Shown: positions 11,109 to 28,135, counted from the first letter of the stretch. The stretch: DNA of 64,000 nt from Octopus vulgaris (GCA_951406725.2 OX597831.1:32922001-32986000), one strand, 5' to 3'. Numbers and translations: made by a program. Notes: generated by a model from the letters alone, not told the origin.

Positions 11109-11559
11109 CCAGCCAGACACACACACACACACAACTGATAAGCACAGTCAGACGGACACACAGACACTCACTCACATGAATATACACACATGTATATACA
11201 AAGACACATACTCACAAAACATATTAACACTCACGAAGATACGCACACACATACACAGTTAAAGGACTTCCCCCCCAATACACACACACACAAATAGAAA
11301 GCCATACGCACTAAGAACAACACCCACATTCGCACTGACACGCAACTGCACCCGCACAGACAATGAAGCGCACAGACACGCAAAATATACAACGCGACAA
11401 ACACACACACACGCACACACACACACACAAATATATACACGCGAGTACACACACAGATATATATATACATACGCACACACAGATGCATACACATGTACAC
11501 ACTTACATACACACGCACACACATACATACACACTCGCACAGACCTATAATAATATATA

Positions 11560-12700
11560 GTCATTTAGACACACACGCACCTATGTGCACACATACATAC
11601 ATATGCACACATACACATACATACATACACACAGATCTATAAAGATATATAGTCATAGACACACACGCACATACATATATACGCACACACACATTCATAT
11701 ACACGCGCACACACATTTATACACAGGGACACACAAACAGTCCTAGGGACACACAAACAGTCCTATAAAGATATAGTCATTCACACAAACACACACTCAT
11801 ACATACATACACAAGCACGCATACATATATATAAACACGCACACACACATTCATATACACGCACACACACATTTATACACAGGGACACATAAACAGTCCT
11901 GTAGAGATATAGTCATTCAGACACACACACACACACTCATATATACATACACAAGCACGCATACAGATATATATATATACACACACACATTCATACACAT
12001 GCACACACACAGACCGATAAAGTCATATAGTCACACACACACATACACACACACACATTCATACACATGCACACAGATCTATAAAGACATATAGTCACAC
12101 ACCACACACACACGAGCACACAGACACGGACACACACACACACAAATTCATACACAAGCACACAGACCGATAAAGACATATAGTCACACACACACACGAG
12201 CACACAGACACGGACACACACACACACACACACATATTTATACGCATTCACACAGATCTATAAAGACATATAGTCACACACACACACACACAGGCACACA
12301 GACACGGACACACACGCACACACACATACACACACACACATTCATACACATGCACACAGACCTATAAAGATATATAGTCACACACACACATACACACGAG
12401 CACACAGACACGGACACACACACACACATATTTATACGCATTCACACAGATCTATAAAGATATATAGTCACACTCACACACACACTCACACACACACCAC
12501 ACACACACACACATTCATACACATGCACACACATATTCATACGCATGCACACAGATCTATAAAGACATATAGTCACACACACACACACACACGGAAACAC
12601 AGACACGGACACACACGCGCACACACACACACACACACACACGCACATTCATACACATGCACACAGACCTATAAATACATATACATATAGTCATTCAGAC
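11560..12700. repeat. CA-rich minisatellite with recurring unit ACAGA(T/C)CTATAAAGA(C/T)ATATAGTCA
   Basis: Motif recurs about 12 times at roughly 80-150 bp spacing, separated by (CA)n. Confidence 0.85.
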
Positions 12701-12846
12701 ACACACACATACGGGCGAGCACACACATACGAGCACACAGACAAAGACACGGACAAACACACATACACACAGACTTACACACAACACACACACACACACA
12801 CATAAGCACACACATAAGCACACACATACACACACATACACACACA

Positions 12847-12885
<39 letters not shown>

Positions 12886-13311
12886 CCTATCGGAACGAAC
12901 GAACAGGTTTGATTGTATCGCAGCTCCAGAAAATCTCCAGCAACCACAGCAGTTGGTTGGTTCAAAGAAAACGCCCCAACCAAGCGAAAATACAATCGGC
13001 AGCGATTAAACTGGCCTCTCCCTCCCCCCTCCCCTCCCTCACTCTCTCACTTTCTCATCTCCCTCTCTCTGTCTCTTTTGTCTTATCACTTTGCGCTTTA
13101 GCTTTCCCGCTCTTTCTGTCTCCCTCTCTCTCTCTCTCCTCTCTCTCTCTCCCTCTCTTTCACTCCAAGAACAAACAACAGAACTTTTACCAAGACGGGT
13201 GAGCGAAAAATCTCTCTTTCATTTCTATTTACACCACATTGTCCTACATCTTTTATCTGCATTTTCGAGAATCACTATAAATGCATGTATATATATATAT
13301 ATAACGGGAAG

Positions 13312-15856
<2,545 letters not shown>

Positions 15857-16605
15857 TCTGTTATTCTATATTATATTATATAATATTCCATATGTATGTT
15901 ATGTTTTTGTTAAATTATCCCATTTGTTGTGTTTTTTTTTAATCTTTGTAATATGTGTGTGTTTATACACACATATATATATACACACACACACGTCTTA
16001 CATATTACGTCACTGTGGGTTGATAATTATTGCGTTAAACATTTAATTAACAAAATTTAACATTATATTAACTTATGTATATGTGTGTGTGTGTTTGTGT
16101 GTGTTTGTATTTGTGTGTGTGAGCATGTGTGTGTTTCTGTACAACTGGTATACTAGCAAAACTCTACATGCATGGGAAATGGCCATGGTGTCTTTGAACT
16201 ATTGGTTTCATTATCAGATGAGCATTATCAGATGAGCGTGGGCATGTTGAAACTTCAAAGTCACAATCAACTTTTTTTTGTATGAATATCGTATTGCTAT
16301 TCCTTGAGTTTAAGCCCTAAGCTTACAAGGAACAACTCCTGGGATCAATTTCTTTGACTAAAAGCTTTTAGGGCGGTGCTCCAGCATGACCGCAGTCAAA
16401 TGAATGAAGCATGTAAAAGAGTAATCTGACAATTCCTCGAAACATATGTAGATAACCGCCCCCTCACCACACGTTTGTGTATGTATACGACAGAATTCTT
16501 CAATTTCTGTCGAACAAATTTACTTACAAGACTTTGGTCAGTTCCAAGTGGGACTGAACCCTAAACTTAGTAAAGAAGTAAGCTTACAACCACACACACA
16601 CACAC

Positions 16606-16636
<31 letters not shown>

Positions 16637-16729
16637 TATATAACATAATATATATACATATATAATATAATATAATATATATATATATATATGTGTATAT
16701 ATATGTGTGTGTGTGTGTGTGTGTATACA

Positions 16730-16825
16730 AGTATCTCCTACTATAGCCTCGGGCCGACCAAAGTAAATTTGGTAGACGGAAACAGAAAGAAGCCTGTTGT
16801 ATATATACTTATATATATATATATG

Positions 16826-16883
<58 letters not shown>

Positions 16884-17135
16884 TGTATGTATGTATGTAT
16901 GTATGTGTTTGTGTGTCCGTGTTTGCCCCCCTCACCTCACCTCGTCTGACAACCGATGTTAGTGTGTTTACGTCCCCGTGAATTAGCGGTTCGGCAAAAG
17001 AGACCGATAGACTATGTACTAGGCTTACAAAGAACAGAAAGTCCTGGAGGTCGAGCTGTTCGACTAGAAGGCGGTGCTCCAGCTTGGCCGCATTTCTCAT
17101 GACTGAAACAAAATAAAATAATAAAAGATTAAAAG
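16730..17135 (+). mobile_element. SINE family A, 5'-truncated
   Basis: CTACTATAGCCTCGGGCCGACCAAAG, expanded internal (TA)n, and tail. Confidence 0.8.
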
Positions 17136-17631
17136 ATTTAAAGAACACGCACACACCCACACACCCACATCCTTTCTTACTTAAATGTAAATAATATTTG
17201 ATGTTCATGTTGTTGTTGGTGCTTATTTGTTTACGATTCTCTTTGGTTCTTTCCTGGCTTCATAGTTAATTTGTTTATTTGTATTAATTATTGTTTACAA
17301 TCATATTTACGGTTTAGTTAAAACATTTGTAGTTGTCTGTCTGTTGTCGGTTAATTCTTTATAACAAGTTTATAATATGTTAAGGATATGTTAATGACAC
17401 CTTAATGATATGTTAATTATATTTTGACAATATGTAATTTCTTTAATCATTTTATTTAATATTGGTATTGTATTTTTTTTTTAGCATTGTTATTTATACA
17501 TATTTCCCATTTCTTTCTCTTGATCCGTTTTGGCTCGTTAAGTATCAAGTAACCGTTAAATATACACACATACTTTCACACACACATACACACACGAATA
17601 AATATAGACACATTTATATTCATTTATAGAA

Positions 17632-17680
<49 letters not shown>

Positions 17681-17751
17681 GAGACACACATATTGCTATT
17701 TATACATATAGATTTATATGTATGTGTATATATAAATATATGCACATATAT

Positions 17752-17854
17752 CTTCTTCTTCTTCTTCTTCTTCTTCAGCTTCTTCTTCTTCTTCTTCTTC
17801 TTCTTCTTCTTCTTCTTCTTCTTCTTCTTCTTCTTCTTCTTCTTCTTCTTCTTC
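17752..17854. repeat. (CTT)n microsatellite
   Basis: Seen directly in the sequence. Confidence 0.95.
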
Positions 17855-18085
17855 AGTGTGTGTGTTGTATACCGTTGTTTCATATTGTTCTCTCTGTCTT
17901 GCCCACTTGTGGCCAATAAAATAACTTATTATTATTATTATTATTAGTAATATTATGAAACATTGCTACATGTGAGTATTTTCAACGACTTTCGCCATTT
18001 GAAGTTGCTTTTGCAACAAACATCTTTCTCTTAGAAAGCCACTTTTAATATAAAAAAACTTTTCCACTCGAGAAATAATTTCGAG

Positions 18086-18145
<60 letters not shown>

Positions 18146-18344
18146 CATTAACCCCATCACACACATGCAATAGTGATTATATAATTATCCTGTGTCTGCA
18201 AGTAAACATAAATGCGTGTGTCTTTGTTTGAATCAGTATATACACGTATGTATGCATATGGACATGTATGTTTATATACATATATACGCTTCGGTATTTA
18301 TATATATATGTATGTTTGATTTTGTGTATAAGTGTACACACACA

Positions 18345-18400
<56 letters not shown>

Positions 18401-18405
<5 letters not shown>

Positions 18406-18825
18406 TGTTGTGTCTGGGGAGAGTCATTCTCTTTTTGTGCCTTATGATTTAACACAATCACCGGTAAAATTTCCACTTATTTCTCTTTTATTTTTGCAAA
18501 ATTTTCGTTGCGTCTTGCAACCTTTCCAATAGATTTGTGTTAGGTTATAAGGCACCAAAAGAGAATGGCTCTCCCCAGACACAACAGAATATGCTTCAAC
18601 ACACGAACTCACATAAAGAATCTTGCAAACAAAATCCCTAGCGATTATTTTCCTCTGTCTTCCCTTCTCTGGATCTTTTCTTCTCCTATGTTTCCGACGA
18701 AAAGCTCCGCTCGAAACGTTAAACCCTCCTTCTTTCCTTCTTTCCTGAGCGTCCAATAATACTATATTTGTTCCACGTCCTCGCGTTGTTGAGTTTTTTT
18801 GTGTTTTCTTGTTTGGATTAACTAT
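18401..18825. mobile_element. Family P3 fold-back (18401-18640) fused directly to a family P1 element (18640-18825)
   Basis: ATTCTGTTGTGTCTGGGGAGAG...CTCTCCCCAGACACAACAGAAT inverted arms, followed by sequence matching 2095-2270. Confidence 0.7.
18690..18724 (+). ncRNA. Minimal type I hammerhead-like motif (core CCGACGA)
   Basis: GTTT-CCGACGA-A-AAGC(TCC)GCTC-GAAA-CG-TT-AAAC. Stem I GTTT/AAAC is perfect. Palindrome AACGTT spans stem III. Confidence 0.5.
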
Positions 18826-18826
18826 A

Positions 18827-18875
<49 letters not shown>

Positions 18876-18894
18876 GTGTGTGTGTGTGTGTTTA

Positions 18895-19069
18895 TCTAAA
18901 ATGGAGACGAATACCATTCCTCATTATGATCGGCTTGGAATGTTGTGAAGGTGTTAAGTTATTTTTCTTAACATGAAACCAATGGTAGCCTGAATGCACG
19001 AATAAAGAAATTTTATCCACCAATGCAGTGTTGAGCACTCACTTTCATCGTTCGACATTTACGTGTATG

Positions 19070-19070
<1 letters not shown>
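18895..19070 (+). repeat. Unclassified interspersed repeat, second copy at about 25700-25835
   Basis: Shared TTCTTAACAT.AAACCAATGGTAGCC...TATCCACCAATGC.GTGTTGAGCACTCA.TTTCATCGT.CGACATTTACGTGTAT, both ending in (TA)n-type repeat. Confidence 0.7.
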
Positions 19071-19111
<41 letters not shown>

Positions 19112-19181
19112 GGCGGTGCCCCAGCAATGGCGGTGCCCCAGCATGGCCACAGCTCATAAGCTGAAACTAGAATCAATCAAT

Positions 19182-19318
<137 letters not shown>

Positions 19319-19388
19319 AACACACATATACATACATGCATACATATATATGTATGTATGTATCTATCTATCTATCTATCTATCTATA

Positions 19389-19424
<36 letters not shown>

Positions 19425-19828
19425 TAAATATATATATATATATATGCACATATACACGTATTTGTATGTGTGTGTATGTATACTTCAAGGGGCTGATATA
19501 CGATGACTTGACGTCTAGTATACGTACAAATTTAGTGCTTTACGATTCTATTAAAACAAAACAGAAGATTAATGTTCCGTTGAAGTTTCGCCGGCGGCGT
19601 TTTGTCAGGCTAAATAATAATTATTTTTAAGAATTATTATGATTGTTCTTGCTGTTATTAATCATTAATTAGTAAATGATTACAATAATTTCTTTGTAAT
19701 AACAGAGATAAAATATTTGCATTAGATCTACTTAAATGGTATTTTCAGATTAATGCAAAGACATATATATACAGAACTAAGGACAAAAAATTTACAATTT
19801 AATATTTAATATCAGCTATATATAATGG

Positions 19829-19879
<51 letters not shown>

Positions 19880-19951
19880 TATATGAATATGTGTATATAT
19901 AGGTATATATATATATATATATATGTTTATATGAATATGTGTATATATAGG

Positions 19952-19984
<33 letters not shown>

Positions 19985-20096
19985 ATATATATGTATATAT
20001 ATGCATATGCATGCATATAAATATGTATATATATGTATGGTGTATATATGTATATGTATATGTTTATATGTTTATATGAATATGTGTATATATAGG

Positions 20097-20131
<35 letters not shown>

Positions 20132-20187
20132 ATATATGTATATATATGCATATGCATGCATATAAATATGTATATATATGTTTGGTG

Positions 20188-20240
<53 letters not shown>

Positions 20241-20307
20241 CAAAACGTGTATATATATGTATATTTAGACATATACATATACACACATACACTCACGCAC
20301 ACACACA

Positions 20308-20346
<39 letters not shown>

Positions 20347-20594
20347 GCACACATACATGTTCATTATTGTTTTTATTTGGCAGAATGTTACGAAAGCGAC
20401 CCAAGTACACGAATTTCTTGCAATGACTCTTATCAAACTAATATTTTTGGTAAGAGTCATGCACGAAAATCTCGGCCATCCTGTTACTCTAGTTAGTTTT
20501 AGTCAATAACAAGTAATAGAAAATGAACACACACGCACGTGTGTGGTGATGAGTTTTTGCATGTAGGTAAGCAGGAATGTATGTATGTATGTAT

Positions 20595-20850
20595 GTCATT
20601 GTTCAGTTTTATTTCAAGATTTCTTGCCAATAGAGAAGAGCCGGTTTCTAACCTAGATCCAAGGTTCCTTCATTGGAATTTTAGCATCAACAACAGGGTA
20701 CTTTTGTATGTATGTATATGCGCAGATTAGCATGTTTTATGTATGTATTTTCATGCATATAGTTGCATATCTAGACATGTTGATATATATTTAAATGATA
20801 AACTTCTGGAAGGTTTTACAGATTTTTACGTATGTATGTATGTATGTATG

Positions 20851-20884
<34 letters not shown>

Positions 20885-21379
20885 TGTATGTATGTATGCA
20901 TGCATGTATGTATGTATGTATGTATGTATGTATGTATGTATGCATGTATGCATGCATGTATGTATGTATGTATGCATGTATGTGTGTATGTATGTGCAGG
21001 TTTGCATGTTTTATATATGTATTCTCATGCATATAATTACATATCTAGACATGCTGATATATATTTAAATGATAAACTTCTGAAAAATTTCACAGATTTT
21101 TACAGTTCCAGTGACTGACTGGATCTGTAGTCTTCGAATTAGCTTCCTCCTTTCTGGTTTTGAGAAGCCTAATTTCTCACGATTGGTATTTGGGCAGTGT
21201 GTTACATATCCCAGGACCTCTGTAATTACAGGTATAAACCTGAACTTGTAATCTGGATAGAACAACTGCAGATTTCTCAATAGTTCAGCGTAAGCATTCT
21301 CTTCTTTACTGATCTTCAGCTTAATATTAACATCCGCTGGGCAGCAAATTTCCACAACTGTGCGCAGTTTCTCTTCTCT
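20595..21379 (-). mobile_element. 5'-truncated R4/Dong-like non-LTR retrotransposon (restriction-like endonuclease C-terminus plus 3' UTR) in (CATA)n
   Basis: 21065-21379 translates REEKLRTVVEICCPADVNIKLKISKEENAYAELLRNLQLFYPDYKFRFIPVITEVLG...IQSVTGTVKICEIFQKF*. This fits the RLE motifs (E/D)..CP...N...K...K...Y..L and IPVI.G.LG. Both ends abut (CATA)n. Confidence 0.8.
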
Positions 21380-21837
21380 ATGTATGTATGTATGTATGTA
21401 TGTATGTATGTATGTATGTATGTATTTATGTATGTATGTATGCATGTATGTATGTATGTTTGTATGTATGTATGAATGTATGTATATATGTATGTATATA
21501 TATATATATATGGGTGTGTGTGTGTGTGCATGTATTTTTGTGTGTATGTGTATATAGGTATAAACTTCAAAATGTATGTTCAGAATTATATATGTGTGTG
21601 TGTGTGTATTACATACACGCATGTATATGTCTACTTACATACACGCATGTATATGTCTGTATGTATGTATTTAAGTACATAGATATGTATGCCTGTAAGT
21701 CTGTGTATTTTTGGTATTGCTCTGAATCAAATATAGAAAGTAAAAAATTATCCACGGGAATATGAAAGGAATTTAGAGACCACCCCTACTCACTTGGAAT
21801 ATGCGACAATCCTTCTTAAGTGTCTTCTTAACGTCAG

Positions 21838-21898
21838 ATGTGATTGCCGTCGCTCGGAGACACAACAAAACTATTTTCCACAAGCATAGAAACCTGAG
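21838..21898 (+). other. Candidate 61-nt exon of an unidentified host transcript
   Basis: Pyrimidine-rich acceptor ...TCTTCTTAACGTCAG and consensus donor GAG|GTGAGT, in non-repetitive sequence. No homology recognised. Confidence 0.25.
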
Positions 21899-21929
21899 GT
21901 GAGTTTTTCAAAACCACTATTGTCTCACG

Positions 21930-22033
<104 letters not shown>

Positions 22034-22067
22034 TATGCACGAACGCACACACACACGCATGCATTCA

Positions 22068-22235
22068 TAATTTTGCTGCTTTAATTAAAAGTATATTACT
22101 CAACCTTCGGTATTCAAAACAAGGTTGAAAAAATAGTACTCAAATACCGAACGAAGAGTAATATAATTTTTATTAAAGCTGCAAAATTATCACAGAACTG
22201 TTACTCAGTCTTACGTTCCCATTGGTCGGACAGTT
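22068..22235 (-). mobile_element. Short Penelope-like fold-back with a degenerate hammerhead motif (22196-22235)
   Basis: Inverted arms at about 22068-22115 and 22142-22190. Minus strand reads AACTGT-CCGACCA-ATG(GGAA)CGT-AAGA-CTGAG-TA-ACAGTT with a perfect 6-bp stem I. Confidence 0.5.
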
Positions 22236-22770
22236 GTTAATCCATCCATCCATCCATACATACATACATACATACATACATTTACATAGATCCATACATA
22301 CATTCTTTCATACCTACTTACATACATTCTTTCATACATACATACATACATACATACATACATACATACGTACGTACATACATACATACATACACACATG
22401 CATACATACATACATACATACATACATACATACATACATACATACATACATACATACATACATACGTACATACATACATACATGCATGCATACATACATA
22501 GATGCATATACATGCACAGAGGCACATAAACGTGCACGTACGTAAGCACACACACAAATAAACACAGACTTATAATATTTGTAGGATTCGCTTGAATCCC
22601 GGTATTTTAACATTCAGAACCCCATCTGCATATCTCTCTATACACCTTATGCAAAAATATGTGAGTATACCTATGCATATATCTACACACCTACACGTAT
22701 ATGTACATACGCTCACAAACATACACATACATGTAAATATATATATATGCATATATATATGTATATACAT

Positions 22771-22831
<61 letters not shown>

Positions 22832-23073
22832 CATATATACATGCACATGAAACTATATATCCTTGCATATCAGCATGTTGATATAAAATAAAAGCACAAA
22901 TGGGTTAAGGGTTCACTACACCTGTTTCGGGCACTCAAAAAAAATTTTATTGATGAATAATTTGATTATCTCATGAAAAAATCCGTTTTCTTTATTGATG
23001 TCGAAATAATAGGGTAAATACACATTCCACATCTTCGGATTTTTTTCCCGCAAACCATATTTTAAATTTTCAA

Positions 23074-23155
23074 TTCCCCTGAAGAAAACGTTTTTTTCTT
23101 TTATGTAAGCGAATTATTCATGAAAAAAACGCGTCTGAAACAGCTGTAGTGTAAC
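23074..23155 (+). ncRNA. Hammerhead-like motif with canonical core CTGAAGA
   Basis: CTGAAGA (23079), stem II CGTTTTTTTC/GAAAAAAACG, then GAAA-CAGCTG-TA (23137-23148). Stem I is only partly paired. Confidence 0.45.
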
Positions 23156-23177
23156 ATTAACACATACATAGATACAT

Positions 23178-23348
<171 letters not shown>

Positions 23349-23384
23349 GTGTGTATCTTTGTATGTATGTATGTATGTATGTAT

Positions 23385-23766
23385 GTATTGGGCGGAACAT
23401 CGGGTAATAAGGCCGTTTATTGAAGTCTATGTTTTATGTTTTCTACCTCTGAACGGGACGTCGGTCCACCGCAGGATTACTCATTTCTATCAGCCAAGTG
23501 GACTGGGGCCTATGGCTGCTTGTTGACAAACTTTTCCGCTTTCTAAGGGTAATTTACCCAATATTTCTGCTGTTCTAACGCCGTTTCTGCGTTCAAGAAA
23601 AAAAAAAAAAAAAAGAAAAAGATAGTGCAAAAGAAAAACCGATCGTCTGATTGTATCGTAAAATGAAATATTTTACTCTAGAACACAACGCATCGCCTGC
23701 TGTAACAGTGGAAACCACAATTTTAGTGGTTAAGGCAACACGTTAACCGCTAAGACACGCGCCTCC
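23385..23766 (-). mobile_element. Degenerate tRNA-derived SINE pieces (head about 23685-23766, body about 23385-23515)
   Basis: Minus strand GGAGGCGCGTGTCTTAGCGGTTAA tRNA-like head. Body CCTGCGGTGGACCGACGTCCCGTTCAGAGG resembles a V-domain-like SINE segment. Confidence 0.45.
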
Positions 23767-23780
23767 ACATACAAACGCAC

Positions 23781-23829
<49 letters not shown>

Positions 23830-23895
23830 TATATTATATTATATAAATGTATATATATTATATTATATTATATTATATATATATATATATAATTT

Positions 23896-23939
<44 letters not shown>

Positions 23940-24264
23940 TTATATTATAAATATATATATGTGTATATGTATGTGTATATGTATATATACGCACACATTG
24001 TTTTATTCATTTACTTGTTTCAGTCAGTTTGACTACGTCCATGCTGGGGATGTATATAACATATTTATAAATGTGTTACTGTCTGTGTGAATTTAGGCAT
24101 ATGCATACTTTATATAGACGTCTTTACATATACAATTACACACACACACACACACACATATACATCTGTATGTGCGTGTGTATGTACCTGTGTATAATTG
24201 TACGATTCTAAACGAGCCTATTGTAATATATTGTACGTAGACCTGGTGTATATATATATGTGTG

Positions 24265-24309
<45 letters not shown>

Positions 24310-24317
24310 TATATATG

Positions 24318-24352
<35 letters not shown>

Positions 24353-24576
24353 GTATATATATATATTCGTTCCTCTCCCCCCTCTCTCTCTCTTTGTATA
24401 TATGTGTGTGTGTGAGAGAGAGAGAGTGAATGTATACAAACATACACGATGAATGAATGTTATCCTCAAATATAGTTTTTTAAAGTATGTGTATGGGTAT
24501 GTTTGAGCTTGTGTGTGTAAGTATTGCATGTTTGTCTGTGTGTCTGTGTGTCCGTGCGCACACGACGCCAACATTG

Positions 24577-24812
24577 GAGTATCGTTTACATTTTTATGCC
24601 GTTCAGTTGTTAAAAATTTCCCGTCATTTTTCTTCGCACTAACAGTAGTAGTATTTATATAGAGATTACCCCTAATATATCACTGGTATATATTTCTAGA
24701 CACAGAAGAGTTAGAAGAGTGACATCAGTTGCAGCCAACTTATCCTTGTAAAAGATATCTATCTATCTATTTATTTATCTATCTATCAATATACATATAT
24801 ATATATATATAA

Positions 24813-24845
<33 letters not shown>

Positions 24846-24863
24846 TGTATGTATGTATGTATG

Positions 24864-24904
<41 letters not shown>

Positions 24905-24956
24905 ATGTATATATACATATATATATATACACATATATACGTGTATATATATATAC

Positions 24957-25007
<51 letters not shown>

Positions 25008-25036
25008 CGTATATATGTGTATATATATATGTATAT

Positions 25037-25067
<31 letters not shown>

Positions 25068-25303
25068 CATACATGCATACATACATATATTTATATATAT
25101 ATATATATATGTATATTGATAGATAGATAAATAAATAGATAGATAGATATCTTTTACAAGGATAAGTAGACTGCAACTGATTCTGTCATCAGATTGAGGA
25201 AGGTGGGCAAGCAGATACTTCAAAGTCACTGTTAACTTCCTCCGTGTATGACTATTAGGGAAATTTTTAACAACTGAACGGCATAAAAATGTAAACGATA
25301 CTC
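24577..25303. repeat. Nested inverted repeat (perfect 46-bp outer arms, ~105-bp inner arms) enclosing microsatellite
   Basis: 24577-24622 is the exact reverse complement of 25258-25303. About 24724-24828 matches the reverse complement of about 25075-25181. Confidence 0.9.
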
Positions 25304-25397
25304 TAAATGAGTAATCCATTAGGTTAATGTTAAATTGTTTTATGTACAGTTTGACACAAAACAAACTAACACATATACACACACACAGAGGCACACG

Positions 25398-25448
<51 letters not shown>

Positions 25449-25909
25449 GTATTATTTTAGCCGAGTTAGTCTCTTGTTAATCTGAGTTTCACCTGTGGAT
25501 GCAGACGATATTCAAGCATGTTATGATCCTGTGCACCGAATAATGAAACTCAGCGTGGCAATTGATCGATTCGATCAAAATGAAATAGTATTAATCACTA
25601 ATACGGTATTGAGCCCTCTTTTTCTTTTCTGACACTTAACACTAAGCAGACGGACACCCCTCCACATACACAAACACCTCTCTCCGTGTGATCGGTTTGA
25701 AAAATTATTTAGGCACAAGGATATTCCCCTTCTATTCTTAACATAAAACCAATGGTAGCCATAATTCACAAATAAAGTAAATCTATCCACCAATGCGGTG
25801 TTGAGCACTCAATTTCATCGTCCGACATTTACGTGTATATATATATATACATACATACACACACACACACACACATATATACATACATATCAATATGTGC
25901 ATTTATGCA

Positions 25910-25997
<88 letters not shown>

Positions 25998-26373
25998 CAC
26001 AGATATATACACACACACGTGCGCATACACACACACACACATATATATATGCATAAATGCACGTACCAATACATTCTTCAATGCTGTTTAGTGTGATAGC
26101 CTGGACTAGGAACCAAAGTTAAACTTCAGTAAAAGCCATTAGCTTAGTTCTAAAGCAGAAATAAGTTTTTGTAAACCCCTGGGTTACGTCTGCTGTGAGT
26201 GCCTCAATGATGTTTTCAATAACATTTCACTTAATCCGTGGAGGCCCTTCAGCTAAATGAAATTATAAGGCTGCTGCTCTTTAAAATATATTACTTAGTG
26301 CGGCCCTGCTTGGGCAAGGAGGACAGTGGTGCCTCACACTTAATGAATTTGAAAACAGAACATAAAGGTTACG

Positions 26374-26446
26374 CTATATGTCCGTAATGGTTGAATGCGC
26401 AGGCTGCTAACCCCCAAGATTTCGAGTTCAATTCCAGGCAGTGCCT
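26374..26446 (+). mobile_element. tRNA-like (Ser GCT anticodon loop) SINE head or tRNA pseudogene
   Basis: TGTCCGTAATGG A-box, GGCTGCTAACC anticodon arm, GAGTTCAATTCC B-box, followed by (AAT)n. Acceptor stem is not intact. Confidence 0.45.
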
Positions 26447-26794
26447 TGAATAAATAATAATAATAATAATAATAACAGAATATAAAGAGACTGAAGAAAA
26501 GCGCATGGCAGGTTACCGGCAGCTCCACCGATTCATTCTACAAAGAATTTTCTCTTTTTAGCGGACGGAATATAATCTCAGCTTTATGTTGTCGAAGTCC
26601 TTGGAACTTGGAGAAAATTGAGGTCTCTGCTTTTGGCAAAAGGCTAACAGTTTTGAGGGGTACAAAATTCAATCGGCATTGAAAGGATGAAGGGGGAAAA
26701 GTTGCCCTGGGTTGGATTCGAACTCAGAATGCAAAGTGCTTGAATTTTTACCCTGCTATATACTCTAATGATTCTGCCAGTCCGTCGACATATT

Positions 26795-26992
26795 CTTTTA
26801 CTTGCTTCGGTCATTAGGCTGCGGCCACGCCGGGATAGTGTTTGGAAGAAATTTATTCGAATTAATCGACTCCAGTGCTTATTTTAAAAAAAAATCTAGT
26901 GCCTATTCTACAGGTCTCTTTTTGCTGAACCGCTAAGTTACAGGGACATACACAAACCAACATCAGTTATCAAACAGTAGGGGGAACAAACA

Positions 26993-27087
<95 letters not shown>

Positions 27088-27232
27088 GTCGGGCTTCTTT
27101 CAGTTTCCGTCTACCAAATCCACTCACAAGGCTTTGGTCGGCCCGAGACAATACTAGAAGACACTTCCCCAAGGTGCCACTCAGTGGGATTGAACCCGGA
27201 ACCATGTGGTTGAAAAACAAGTTCCTTACCCT
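26795..27232 (-). mobile_element. SINE family A, near full length
   Basis: Reverse complement of the consensus with an internal (TA)n of about 90 bp. Confidence 0.85.
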
Positions 27233-27570
27233 ACATGGATAAGAAATAATAAATACTGTTATTGTAATGTCGCATGCTATAATCCAAGGATCCAGTCATC
27301 GGTAATAGAAAAATAGCGTTCTTAATAATATGGAAAAATGCTTTTTTTTTTGTTTTTGCTTTTTCCCAAAGTCTATGCTAAGGAAGTTGTTAGTCTGTTT
27401 ATAAAAGGTGTCTATGTCACACCTGTATATTTTTTTAATCAACTGGATACCCGAAATACGGAATGTTCTGGTGTGTACGTGTGAGTGCGTCTGTATCAAG
27501 GTGTTCGTGAAAACATACATAAATATATACATAAATACATACATACATACATACATACATACATACATAA

Positions 27571-27614
<44 letters not shown>

Positions 27615-27883
27615 GAATATATGTATGTATTATTATGTATATACTATTATGCGTTGAGTTCCCTCTCGTTTGTTTCACCAAAGGTATAGATGTGCTCACA
27701 CACACACACATGCTAAAGTTGAAATTGTTTAATACTGTATGTATGTGTGTATATACACATTATGCACGCACACATATATAAGTATATAGATATGTTTGTG
27801 TGTACGTACGTATGTTTATATAAACACGCACATGGGTTTGTTATATATATATATGCATGTATTCGTGAGTGTGTGGACGTACG

Positions 27884-27920
<37 letters not shown>

Positions 27921-27924
27921 TTAT

Positions 27925-28135
27925 GTGTGTCTTTGTATCTATGTTTGTCCCCCCACCATCGCTTGACAACCGATGTTGGTGTGTTTACGTCCCAGTAACT
28001 TAGCGGTTCGGCAGAAGTTACCGATAGATTGTGTACCAGGCTTACAAAAGATTAGTCCTGGGGTCGATTTGTTCGATTAAAAGGCGGTACTCCCGCATGG
28101 CCGCAGTCAAACGACTGAAACAAATAAAAGGGCAA
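27925..28135 (+). mobile_element. SINE family A, 3' half
   Basis: CATCGCTTGACAACCGATGTTGGTGTGTTTACGTCCC...GCATGGCCGCAGTC. Confidence 0.8.

Noticed and set aside
11560-12700. Repeat-spacer-like array resembling CRISPR
   Set aside because: Spacers are (CA)n variants rather than unique sequences, the context is eukaryotic, and there are no cas genes.
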